In this document: piece after piece, positions 10,472 to 19,186 of the stretch
Layout: each line of letters begins with the position of its first letter
Position numbering within the stretch: position 1 is the first letter of the stretch
From: an uncultured Taibaiella sp.
GTDB lineage: Bacteria; Bacteroidota; Bacteroidia; Chitinophagales; Chitinophagaceae
Assembly: GCA_937870855.1 (NCBI GenBank)
Contig: CALMWT010000012.1
Location: 13,170-77,169, forward strand
Direction of reading: 5' to 3'
Length of the DNA: 64,000 nucleotides
Translations under genes and position numbers: made by a program
The notes under the pieces: model-generated
Seen by the model: only the letters and a program-made list of their open reading frames with translations
Database searches by the model: none
What the model was told of the DNA's origin: nothing

Positions 10472-10504
10472 TTCTGTAATTGATATTTCCACGAAACATC
10501 AAAC

Positions 10505-10993
10505 ATGCCCTGGTATGTTCTCTACACCAAGCCTCGCAACGAAAAGAAAACAGCAAAATTGCTGGAAGACAAAGGGGTAGAAATTTACTGCCCCATGAGG
10601 GAAGTAGTAAAACAGTGGAGTGATAGAAAAAAGAAAATTTGGGAGCCTGTTTTCCGATCTTATGTTTTTGTGAGGCTCGACAATTATGAGCGGGAACAGA
10701 TTGAAGTATTGGAAACACCGGGTGCAGTTCGTTTTCTTTGGTGGTTGAAAAAGCCGGCTGTAGTGCGCGAGGAAGAAATACAGGCAATTAAAAATTTTCT
10801 GAATGACTACCGTGGAGCATCACTTTCAGTAACCATCATGGAAGGAGAAGAGGTAATTGTGGGTGAAGGCCCTTTGAAAGACCAAAGAGGAAAGATCACA
10901 AAGATCAAGGGCAATAAAGCGATTTTGCAAGTACGCTCTCTCGGCTGGAATATTATGGCCGAGCTGCCACTACAAGCACTAAAGAAACCATAG
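10505..10993 (+). CDS. UpxY-family NusG-like transcription antiterminator
   Basis: 162 aa. NGN-like N-terminus (WYVLYTKPRNEKK...GVEIYCP...VFRSYVFVRL) and a KOW-like C-terminus (GEEVIVGEGPLKDQRGKITKIKG). It sits at the head of the polysaccharide locus, as in Bacteroides capsule loci. Confidence 0.85.
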   Translation: MPWYVLYTKPRNEKKTAKLLEDKGVEIYCPMREVVKQWSDRKKKIWEPVFRSYVFVRLDNYEREQIEVLETPGAVRFLWWLKKPAVVREEEIQAIKNFLNDYRGASLSVTIMEGEEVIVGEGPLKDQRGKITKIKGNKAILQVRSLGWNIMAELPLQALKKP

Positions 10994-11015
10994 ATTAGCG
11001 CATTGCATAGCCTCA

Positions 11016-11046
11016 TTTCTTTATTAAATTAAAACCAATAGATTTG
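11016..11046 (+). promoter_or_regulatory. candidate Bacteroidota sigma-A-type promoter (-33 TTTC, 19-nt spacer, -7 TAGATTTG)
   Basis: TAGATTTG at 11039-11046 fits the TAnnTTTG consensus exactly. TTTC at 11016-11019 is one mismatch from TTTG. It lies 16 nt upstream of the wza ATG at 11062. Confidence 0.35.
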
Positions 11047-11061
11047 CAAAAAATTCCCCCA

Positions 11062-11868
11062 ATGCTCCTTTACGGAAAAAAAATTATTTACACAGGTTTG
11101 CCTGTATTGGCCCTGTTCATAATGTTATTAACGTCTTGCTATAATCCTAAGAAAATTTCCTATTTCAATTATGTGCCGGATTCTCTTTATCGTGATCCGA
11201 TGAGTCTTGACCTGCATCCTTTTACCGATCCTACCATCAAGCCTAACGACATTCTTCAGATTTCTGTACAGACTATAGACCCACAAGCAACTATGATGAT
11301 GGGTACTCAGTCGGCTGCCCCTGCTACAGCGGGTGGACAAGGAGGAGGTGTTTCGGGTTATATGGTTGATAAGAATGGTGAAATAGAATTACCACTGGCC
11401 GGCCGTATAAAAGTTGGCGGATTGACCACTTCTCAGGCCAGGGATGCAATAGCTAAGAAAGCTGCTCAATACTATAAAAATCCGGTTGTAAATGTTCGGT
11501 TAGGCAATTTTACAATAACAGTTCTGGGTGAGGTAGGTCGTCCGGGACAACTTACCGTACCGAGCGAAAAAATCAGTGTTCTCGATGCAATAGGACTGGC
11601 TGGAGATCTCAAAGTGACTGGTCGTCGAAATGACATCTTGCTCATCCGTGAAGAAAACGGAAAAAAGATTTTCTTTCGGTATGATTTGAATAAAGAGGAC
11701 ATGTTTCATGGTCCATATTTCTACCTGAGACAGCATGATATTCTTTACGTAGGACCTACTAAGAATGCAGCCGCACAGGCAGATGTAACCTCTCAGCGAA
11801 CTTTTATGTTTGTCAATTTTGGGTTAACTATTGTCACTTTAGTAATTACCCTCACTTCCAGATTTTAA
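11062..11868 (+). CDS. wza: polysaccharide export outer-membrane protein (Wza family)
   Basis: Poly_export-like PNDILQISV...GEIELPLAGRIKVGGLTTSQARDAI and SLBB-like GEVGRPGQLTVPSEKISVLDAIGLAGDL. I prefer the ATG at 11062 because the TTG at 11044 falls inside the putative -7 box. Confidence 0.88.
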   Translation: MLLYGKKIIYTGLPVLALFIMLLTSCYNPKKISYFNYVPDSLYRDPMSLDLHPFTDPTIKPNDILQISVQTIDPQATMMMGTQSAAPATAGGQGGGVSGYMVDKNGEIELPLAGRIKVGGLTTSQARDAIAKKAAQYYKNPVVNVRLGNFTITVLGEVGRPGQLTVPSEKISVLDAIGLAGDLKVTGRRNDILLIREENGKKIFFRYDLNKEDMFHGPYFYLRQHDILYVGPTKNAAAQADVTSQRTFMFVNFGLTIVTLVITLTSRF

Positions 11869-11870
11869 CT

Positions 11871-14306
11871 ATGTCAGATAAAATTCAACTCAGCACCGAT
11901 TGGCAAGGAGAGAAAGACGGCTTTAATCTACAGAGGATCATTGGTATGGTGCTCTCCTACTGGCCATGGTTTCTTATATGTACGCTTATTTCCCTGATGG
12001 TTGCCTTCCTGTACTTGCGCTACACGACTCCCATGTACCGCGTTACTTCAGCGATCCTCGTACAGGACGAAAAGCAAGCCAGTATGTCTGGTGGCGACGT
12101 ACTTGAAGCGATGGGATTTCAACAGAAATCTAATGTGGACAATGAGATGGAGATCATGAAAAGCCCTACGCTCATGAAGCAGGTAGTTCGTGACCTACAA
12201 TTGAATGTTCAGGTATTTACAACAGGAAGATTTAAAAATCTGGAACTTTATTCGAGCCGACCTTTTCGGTTTGTTTTCTGTCCTCTTTTTGAAGATTCGC
12301 TTTACAGAGGATGGGATCAGTATGTAATCAAAAATAAGGGAGATCGCTTCGAACTTATTGCCAATAATAAAAAATGGGTTCGCAAATGGGGCGATACATT
12401 GTTTTTGCCAATTGGTAGAGTTTATGTTGACAGAGTTCAGGGAATTGATTGGGTACAGGAAGAAGATTACATGATAAAGGTGCATAGTTATGAAGCAATT
12501 ACGGGAGTGTATCGGGGATCGTTGAGTGTAAACGTTCCTAATAAAAATCTGAGTATAATTGGGCTAACAATTAATGAAGTAGTGCCGGAAAGAGGTGAGG
12601 AAATACTAGACCACCTTATGAATGTTTACATGCGGGCAAATGTGGACGATAAGAATAAGATTGCAGATTCTACGATGAGCTTTATTGATGAACGTCTCAA
12701 TATCGTTTTTAAAGAGCTAAGTGGAATAGAAAAGGATATAGAACAGTTTAAAAGTGCCAATGACATGACAGACCTTAGTGCACAGGCTGAAATGTTGATG
12801 TCAAATACTCAGGATTTTCAAAGTAAGATTACAGAGCTGGAAGTTCAATTAACTGTTCTTGGCTCATTAGAAAAGTATGTTTTCGACAATGCTAATAGTA
12901 AACGTATCGTTCCACAGGCATTAACAACAGGCGCTGAAGCTTTTGCCGGTATTCTTAGCCAGTATAACAATTTACAAACTGAGCGGGAACGCGCCCTAAT
13001 GAGCATGTCTGAAAATAACCCTGTGGTAGAAAATCTAGACAAACAGTTGGTTAATCTGCGCTCCGACCTTAAGAATAGTCTTTTGGCAGCTAAAAGAGAC
13101 ATGACTATTCGCCTTAATGAATTTAAATCAAGAGCAGGGAATATTTCGGCTCAGATTCGTACGGTACCGAGAAAGGAAAGAGTCTTTATAGATTTCTCCC
13201 GTCAGCAGACTTTGAAACAGGAACTTTATCTTTTCTTACTCAAGAAGAGAGAGGAGACTGCCATAACTAAGGCAGCAACTTTAGCTAATGCCCGCATCAT
13301 TGATAGAGGTAAATCTGATGGTGCACCTTATTCGCCTAAGCGCTCAAAAATTTACATGATGGCCTTTATTGTAGGCTTGCTTGTGCCCGGAGGAATGGTT
13401 TATCTCCGCGAGTTGCTCAACAATCGCATTTTTACCCGTGGCGATATTACTGAAAGAACACAAACTCCAATCATCGCGGAAATTGGCCATAGCGCTGAAG
13501 CTATGGGTGAATCGGTAGTTGTCCACTCGTCAAGCCGTACCATTATTGCCGAGCAGTTCCGTACGCTTCGTACCAACTTACAGTTCCTTCTCACCAGCAA
13601 AGAAAAGAAGGTTATCCTACTTACATCTTCCATGTCTGGAGAGGGTAAATCTTTTATTGCGCTTAACCTCGCTAGTACGTTAGCGTTGTCCAATAAACGC
13701 GTACTGGTTATGGAGCTTGACCTTCGCAAGCCCAAGATTTCAAAAATGCTTGGATTAGATAATGGTTTGGGTTTTTCTAATCACATGATCGGGCAGGTAG
13801 ATTTGAATAAGATTATTGTTCCTTCTGGTGTAAACGAAAACCTCTATGTAATTCCGTCTGGCCCTATTCCTCCTAATCCTTCCGAACTCTTGATGATGCC
13901 GCAGGTGAATAAGTTATTCAGCACTTTGAAAGAACATTTTGATTATATCGTTCTGGATACCGCACCCTTAGGTCTTGTAACGGATGCGCAGTTATTAAGT
14001 GTGCACGCAGACACTTCATTGTATGTAATTCGCCAGGGCTATACATTTAAACAACAGATCCTTTTCCTGGATGAGCTTTATAAAGACCGTAAGATTTCAC
14101 ACCTTAGCATCGTGGTGAATGACGTGAAAGCAAGCCGTGGAGCAGGTTATGGCTATGGTTATGGCTATGGTTACGGTTATGGCTATAGCTACGGTTACCA
14201 AGGCTATGGTTATGGCTACGGAAACAAGAATGGTGGCTATTTCGATAATGGAAAGTCCAAGAAAAGAAAAGGAATCAAAGGGCTATTTGACACATTTAAG
14301 GGATAG
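11871..14306 (+). CDS. wzc: Wzc-type chain-length determinant / BY tyrosine kinase
   Basis: 811 aa. N-terminal Wzz-like region with two TM segments. Walker A SSMSGEGKS, A' VLVMELDLRKP, Walker B DYIVLDTAPLG. Tyr-rich tail GYGYGYGYGYGYGYSYGYQGYGYGYG. Confidence 0.92.
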   Translation: MSDKIQLSTDWQGEKDGFNLQRIIGMVLSYWPWFLICTLISLMVAFLYLRYTTPMYRVTSAILVQDEKQASMSGGDVLEAMGFQQKSNVDNEMEIMKSPTLMKQVVRDLQLNVQVFTTGRFKNLELYSSRPFRFVFCPLFEDSLYRGWDQYVIKNKGDRFELIANNKKWVRKWGDTLFLPIGRVYVDRVQGIDWVQEEDYMIKVHSYEAITGVYRGSLSVNVPNKNLSIIGLTINEVVPERGEEILDHLMNVYMRANVDDKNKIADSTMSFIDERLNIVFKELSGIEKDIEQFKSANDMTDLSAQAEMLMSNTQDFQSKITELEVQLTVLGSLEKYVFDNANSKRIVPQALTTGAEAFAGILSQYNNLQTERERALMSMSENNPVVENLDKQLVNLRSDLKNSLLAAKRDMTIRLNEFKSRAGNISAQIRTVPRKERVFIDFSRQQTLKQELYLFLLKKREETAITKAATLANARIIDRGKSDGAPYSPKRSKIYMMAFIVGLLVPGGMVYLRELLNNRIFTRGDITERTQTPIIAEIGHSAEAMGESVVVHSSSRTIIAEQFRTLRTNLQFLLTSKEKKVILLTSSMSGEGKSFIALNLASTLALSNKRVLVMELDLRKPKISKMLGLDNGLGFSNHMIGQVDLNKIIVPSGVNENLYVIPSGPIPPNPSELLMMPQVNKLFSTLKEHFDYIVLDTAPLGLVTDAQLLSVHADTSLYVIRQGYTFKQQILFLDELYKDRKISHLSIVVNDVKASRGAGYGYGYGYGYGYGYSYGYQGYGYGYGNKNGGYFDNGKSKKRKGIKGLFDTFKG
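14145..14219 (+). repeat. hexanucleotide GGYTAY tandem repeat (12 units, one CAA interruption) encoding the (GY)n tail of Wzc
   Basis: ggttat ggctat ggttat ggctat ggttac ggttat ggctat agctac ggttac caa ggctat ggttat ggctac, read directly. Confidence 0.95.
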
Positions 14307-14370
14307 TTATCGTGCTCAGTATTGAGCCTGAGGATATAGTAATTAGCAAACAGTTCTTTCAAAGCACGTT

Positions 14371-17300
14371 ATGTGCCGTCTCGCGGGAATCATAGATAAA
14401 TCTAACAAAAACCTGAAGCAGGATATTCTTGCCATGCGCGATGCCATGCGACATGGTGGGCCAGATGCAGAAGGTGTTTTTGTAGATGAAGCAGCGGGAC
14501 TGGCATTTGGACACAGAAGGCTTTCGCTAATTGATTTATCGGATGCGGGCAATCAACCCATGCATCGTGAAGACGTTTCTATAGTATTTAATGGAGAAAT
14601 TTACAACTACCGGGAACTTCGTCAGGAACTAAAAACAAAAGGACAACACTTTTCGACTGATAGCGATACAGAAGTTATTATTCGTGCTTACCAACACTGG
14701 GGCACAGAGTGTTTCGGACGTTTTCGTGGCATGTTTGCCATTGCCATTTACGATAGGTTTTATAATAAAGTTTTATTAGCGCGCGATCATGCAGGCATTA
14801 AGCCTCTGTATTTCCATCACAAAAATGGAAGACTTTATTTCTCTTCCGAGATAAGAGGGCTGAAAGCTCTTTCCCGCAAATGGGAAGAACGATCAGACTG
14901 GAGAGTTTTTTTCCTTACTTATGGATTCTTACCCGAACCTATCACAACGCTTAAGGATGTTCAGCCCCTGGAAAAAGGTAGCTATAGAGTTTTTGATCTT
15001 GCGGACATGTCTTCTTTTCAGCGTTTTTTTTACCGGGAAGAATATAGTGAGTTAATAACTGATTTGGAAGCGGCCAAGAAGCTGATCAGGGATACGCTAA
15101 CTGCAACTGTACAACGCCACCTTATCTCGGATGCGCCTATCGGTTTGTTTTTGAGTGGCGGTATTGATTCTTCGCTCCTGACTTTGATAGCGCAACCTTT
15201 TATTCCCAATTCTCTTCATACATTATCAATGGTGTTTGAAGACCAGGAATTTTCGGAAAAAGCATATCAGGACATCATTATTGAAAAGACAGATGCACAC
15301 CATCAATCGTTTTTAGTAACTAAGAAAGATTTTGATGAAAGCTTTGATGACATTATCCTTTCCATGGATCAGCCAAGTACCGATGGCATCAATAGCTATT
15401 TCATTTGTAAATACGCTCGCAAAGCAGGTTTGAAAGCAGTATTGAGTGGATTAGGTGCAGATGAGTTGCTTGGCGGTTATCCATCCTTCAAAAGAGAACG
15501 TCAATATCGGCAATTAAGTAAAATTCCGCGTCGGGCACTTCGTCTCGCCGGACTTTCACCAAAGGATGCTTATCGTAAGCTCAGTTTTTTGGGTCGAAAA
15601 GATCCAGTCGGTGAATATCTTTTTTATCGCGGATATTATTCACCAAAGGAAACCGCGCTAATGCTTGATTGTTCTTTGAAAGAAGTGAACGAATCGCTTA
15701 GCGAAGTGAAAGTGCCCTCTTTTGTTGCCAATCTTTCCGCAGGAAACAGAGTTTCTTATTTGGAGTCGAATATTTACATGCAATCTCAGTTGCTAAAAGA
15801 CACAGATGCGATGAGTATGTGGCATTCCGTAGAAGTTAGAGTGCCTTTTTTAGGGAAAGATTTTATTGAAGCAGTACATAAGATCAGCGAGACATTAAAA
15901 TTTGGACATCAACAACCCAAGCATCTCCTCATTGAGAGTTTTAAAGATATTTTACCCACTGAAATTTGGGATCGGAAAAAGCAAGGATTCGTACTCCCTT
16001 TTGCTAATTGGATGAAAGGAAAACAACTTTCTCCAAAATCCACTCCCGGTTCTATTGTCGCTACACTTCAGAAAAGATTTGATAAAGGAAAGCTGGTATG
16101 GAGTCGTTACTGGGCGTACCTGCTTATTAGTGAAGAAATGAAAGTGAATGGATGGCAGGTAAACGATCCGGTCGTTACAGTTTCTTCTAATGGTCGCCTT
16201 ACGAGTTTATCAAAAGATAAGGGTTTTGACAGCGAAAGAATTGCGAGGCAAAAAGTTCTTTTTCTTTGTCTTACTACTTTTTCGCAGGCTGGCGGTATTG
16301 AAAAATTTAACCGATGCCTTCTTAAGGCACTACACGAAACGGAAGAGGAGGGCAGCCTCCTTACCAATGCCATGTCTCCTTACGATCACCTCGCAGATGA
16401 AACCTATTTTCCTCAGGATAAATACAAAGGTTTTCAGGGCAAACGGCTCAGATTTGTGTTGTATGCATTGATGAATGCTGCATTGAAAGATACTGTAATC
16501 GTGGGGCATCTAAATCTTGCGCCAGTTGGCTGTTTGATTAAAAAGTTTTTTCCTAAAACCAAGCTTATCCTTATTACGCATGGTATAGAGGTTTGGAGTC
16601 CGCTTGAAGGACAAAGAAAAAAAATGCTCGAAGTGTCCGACCTCATCCTCAGTGTTTCCAATTTTACAAAAAGCAAACTCATAGATATTCAGGGATTACC
16701 TGAATCCAAGATCAAGGTTTTTCCAAACACAATTGATCCATTTTTCCGTGTTCCCAAGGTTTTTTATGTAAATAAGGAGATTCGCAGGGAATACAATTTT
16801 TCCGCTTCAGACCCAGTGTTGTTTACACTCAGCAGGTTGTCGGGCAGGGAAAAATATAAAGGCTACGACTTGGTAATTCAGTGCCTTCCGGAGTTGAAAA
16901 AACAGTTTCCAACCGTGCGCTATATCATTGCCGGTAAATACGATAATGAAGAAAAGGCACGCCTCGATAACTTGATTACCAGTCTTGGCTTGGAGGAAAA
17001 TGTTTTTCTCACTGGTTACCTTGCGGAAAAAAGTCTGCTCGAATATTACCAAACAGCAGATTTGTTTATTATGCCTTCAAGAAAAGAAGGGTTTGGAATT
17101 GTTTTTCTGGAAGCACTTATTTGTGGATTACCGGTTATAGGGGGCAATCAGGATGGTAGCGTTGACGCGCTGCGCAATGGAGAGCTGGGTATTCTTGTGA
17201 ACCCAACCAGTATGTCTGAAATTGTGGACGGAATTACCGAAGTGCTTATTCATAAAGAAAATTACACGGACGAATATCGCCTTGCAATGCAGCAGAAGAC

Positions 17301-17427
17301 TTTGCAATATTTTGGATTTCCAGCTTATAAAAAACGTTTACAGGAAATATTGCTGGGAGTCCAGCCGGTTAATCGTTTAGTTGACAAAAAGGTGCCCGTA
17401 GCTCAGGCAGCAACAAAGCCATTTTAA
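14371..17427 (+). CDS. fusion protein: glutamine-dependent AsnB-type amidotransferase (N-terminal ~600 aa) + GT4 glycosyltransferase (C-terminal ~380 aa)
   Basis: N-terminal nucleophile MC(R)LAGI, PP-loop SGGIDSS and AsnB-like middle region. After a linker, a GT4 domain with SRKEGFGIVFLEALICGLPVIGGNQDGS. One uninterrupted 1018-aa ORF. Confidence 0.85.
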   Translation: MCRLAGIIDKSNKNLKQDILAMRDAMRHGGPDAEGVFVDEAAGLAFGHRRLSLIDLSDAGNQPMHREDVSIVFNGEIYNYRELRQELKTKGQHFSTDSDTEVIIRAYQHWGTECFGRFRGMFAIAIYDRFYNKVLLARDHAGIKPLYFHHKNGRLYFSSEIRGLKALSRKWEERSDWRVFFLTYGFLPEPITTLKDVQPLEKGSYRVFDLADMSSFQRFFYREEYSELITDLEAAKKLIRDTLTATVQRHLISDAPIGLFLSGGIDSSLLTLIAQPFIPNSLHTLSMVFEDQEFSEKAYQDIIIEKTDAHHQSFLVTKKDFDESFDDIILSMDQPSTDGINSYFICKYARKAGLKAVLSGLGADELLGGYPSFKRERQYRQLSKIPRRALRLAGLSPKDAYRKLSFLGRKDPVGEYLFYRGYYSPKETALMLDCSLKEVNESLSEVKVPSFVANLSAGNRVSYLESNIYMQSQLLKDTDAMSMWHSVEVRVPFLGKDFIEAVHKISETLKFGHQQPKHLLIESFKDILPTEIWDRKKQGFVLPFANWMKGKQLSPKSTPGSIVATLQKRFDKGKLVWSRYWAYLLISEEMKVNGWQVNDPVVTVSSNGRLTSLSKDKGFDSERIARQKVLFLCLTTFSQAGGIEKFNRCLLKALHETEEEGSLLTNAMSPYDHLADETYFPQDKYKGFQGKRLRFVLYALMNAALKDTVIVGHLNLAPVGCLIKKFFPKTKLILITHGIEVWSPLEGQRKKMLEVSDLILSVSNFTKSKLIDIQGLPESKIKVFPNTIDPFFRVPKVFYVNKEIRREYNFSASDPVLFTLSRLSGREKYKGYDLVIQCLPELKKQFPTVRYIIAGKYDNEEKARLDNLITSLGLEENVFLTGYLAEKSLLEYYQTADLFIMPSRKEGFGIVFLEALICGLPVIGGNQDGSVDALRNGELGILVNPTSMSEIVDGITEVLIHKENYTDEYRLAMQQKTLQYFGFPAYKKRLQEILLGVQPVNRLVDKKVPVAQAATKPF

Positions 17428-17437
17428 CGCTTCAACT

Positions 17438-18124
17438 ATGCATCTCAACAATGAATTGATTTTTCTGAAGTACGCAAAGCCTTACTTCCAATCAGGTCAG
17501 AAAATAATTGAGATCGGCCCACAAGGCAATCCAACTGCATACCAAAAGCTGGTGGACAACCCTGCGGTAGAATGGCATTCGCTTGACATCATTGAGGGTT
17601 ACGCTGGCGAGAACAACCATAATTTCATTTTTACGAAAGACCCTTACAACTATCCTATTGCCGACAATACTTATGATTTGGTTTTTTCCGGTGGGGTGAT
17701 GTGCAATGTAGGTGAGATTTGGACCTGGATGCAGGAATTAAAACGCATTGTAAAGCCAGGGGGATTAATTATTACTATTACTCCCATTAGCTGGCCTTAT
17801 GCAAATGCACCTGTTGACTGTTGGCGGATTTATCCTGACGGGTTCAAAGCATTGAATAATTTTTTGGGATTGGAAACCATCCATTGTTCCAAGGAATCGC
17901 TGGAGTTGCAACATTTCGGCTTCACCGATCAATTAGCCAAAACGGAAAATCTTGTTGTGCCTTACGTGTCTGCGGCAGGCTACAGCGAAAAAAGTCGTAA
18001 CATGACCAGCGTCAACAAACACAAGATGTTAGTTAACCGGCTTTTGAAAAGCATTCCTCTTGTTCGCCGCTATATGAACCCTGTACACACAGCTTTGGAT
18101 ACAATTAGTGTAGCGAAGAAGTAA
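17438..18124 (+). CDS. class I SAM-dependent methyltransferase
   Basis: 228 aa with KIIEIGPQG (motif I-like) and LVFSGGVMCNV...IVKPGGLIITITP. It lies immediately upstream of wzm-wzt. Confidence 0.6.
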   Translation: MHLNNELIFLKYAKPYFQSGQKIIEIGPQGNPTAYQKLVDNPAVEWHSLDIIEGYAGENNHNFIFTKDPYNYPIADNTYDLVFSGGVMCNVGEIWTWMQELKRIVKPGGLIITITPISWPYANAPVDCWRIYPDGFKALNNFLGLETIHCSKESLELQHFGFTDQLAKTENLVVPYVSAAGYSEKSRNMTSVNKHKMLVNRLLKSIPLVRRYMNPVHTALDTISVAKK

Positions 18125-18219
18125 TGGATGCCTCCCCCGCCCCTCTGAAGGAGGTGAGTCCGTCATTGCGAGCGAAGCGTGGCAATCTGCCTTTGATCTA
18201 ATAGCAAGAATGATTAATA
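18125..18219. other. GC-rich intergenic insert with short inverted repeats (cctcc...ggagg; attgc...gcaat)
   Basis: cctcccccgcccctctgaaggagg followed by cattgcgagcgaagcgtggcaatc. It resembles short palindromic intergenic elements I recall from Bacteroidota genomes. I saw only one copy in this window. Confidence 0.25.
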
Positions 18220-19125
18220 ATGATCACTGATACTGAACAAATAAAAAACACGCCGTCACCCGCGCTTACAGCCAGCGCCAACGATGATCATTGGGATGAA
18301 ATTATTCGTCCTGAGACGGGTCTCTTTGAACTCAACCTCAAAGAAGTTTGGAAATATCGCGACCTGCTGATGCTATTCGTAAAAAGAGATTTTATCGCCC
18401 AATACAAGCAGACCATTCTTGGACCCATTTGGCACATCATTCAGCCTGTGTTCACTACCATTATGTTCCTGCTCGTGTTTGGGAAGATCGCTAACATACC
18501 AACTGATGGACTGCATCCGATTCTGTTTTACATGAGCGGCATCACCATCTGGAGTTACTTCTCCGCCTGTCTCACAGCTACTTCCAATACTTTCGTTGCT
18601 AATGCGGGTATTTTTGGTAAAGTATATTTCCCACGACTTGTTATTCCGCTTTCTACCGTTATGTCGAACATGGTGAAATTTGGTATTCAGTTTGGCTTGC
18701 TCTTAGCAGTAATGCTTTGGCTGGGTGTACAAACAGGCAAGTTTTATTTCGGCATCAATTGGCTGTTAATTCCGGTACTCGTAGTGATGATGGGAGGTCT
18801 CGGCTTAGGTCTTGGTATCATCATTTCTTCGCTCACTACTAAGTACCGCGACTTCACCGTATTGATAGGCTTTGGTGTGCAATTAGCAATGTATGTGACA
18901 CCGGTAGCCTATCCACTTTCTTTTCTGGAAGGGAAAAGTTATAAATGGGTAGTAGATGCAAACCCACTATCGTCTGTGGTGGAAGCATTCCGTTTTGCAC
19001 TCTTTAATGAAGGAACGGTGAGCATCGCCTCACTAGGTTATAGTTTCCTTTTCATGATAGCTTCCTTGTTTTTTGGGATGCTGATTTTTAGTAAGGTGGA
19101 AAGGAGTTTTATGGATACGGTGTAA
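18220..19125 (+). CDS. wzm: ABC-2 type polysaccharide export permease (Wzm/TagG family)
   Basis: 301 aa with six hydrophobic segments and the family-typical FVKRDFIAQYKQTILGPIWHIIQP. It is followed by the ATPase gene. Confidence 0.9.
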   Translation: MITDTEQIKNTPSPALTASANDDHWDEIIRPETGLFELNLKEVWKYRDLLMLFVKRDFIAQYKQTILGPIWHIIQPVFTTIMFLLVFGKIANIPTDGLHPILFYMSGITIWSYFSACLTATSNTFVANAGIFGKVYFPRLVIPLSTVMSNMVKFGIQFGLLLAVMLWLGVQTGKFYFGINWLLIPVLVVMMGGLGLGLGIIISSLTTKYRDFTVLIGFGVQLAMYVTPVAYPLSFLEGKSYKWVVDANPLSSVVEAFRFALFNEGTVSIASLGYSFLFMIASLFFGMLIFSKVERSFMDTV

Positions 19126-19186
19126 ATCTCTTTTGTTACGACCAGCTCCACCTTTACAATCTCATCTTTCTACCGCTTTACATCCA

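Noticed and set aside
14137-14325. 62-aa plus-strand ORF MEQVMAMVMAMVTVMAIATV...
   Set aside because: It is an alternative frame of the GGYTAY repeat that encodes the Wzc (GY)n tail. It is a repeat-induced artefact.
19133-19186. N-terminal extensions in the ORF track (19133, 22618, 28993, 52272, 60700, 36986, 39151, 11044, 8098)
   Set aside because: The internal ATGs give canonical N-termini: MCGI for the AsnB copies and [11 protein letters not shown] matching the paralog. They also remove long overlaps with upstream genes. The extensions have non-protein-like composition.
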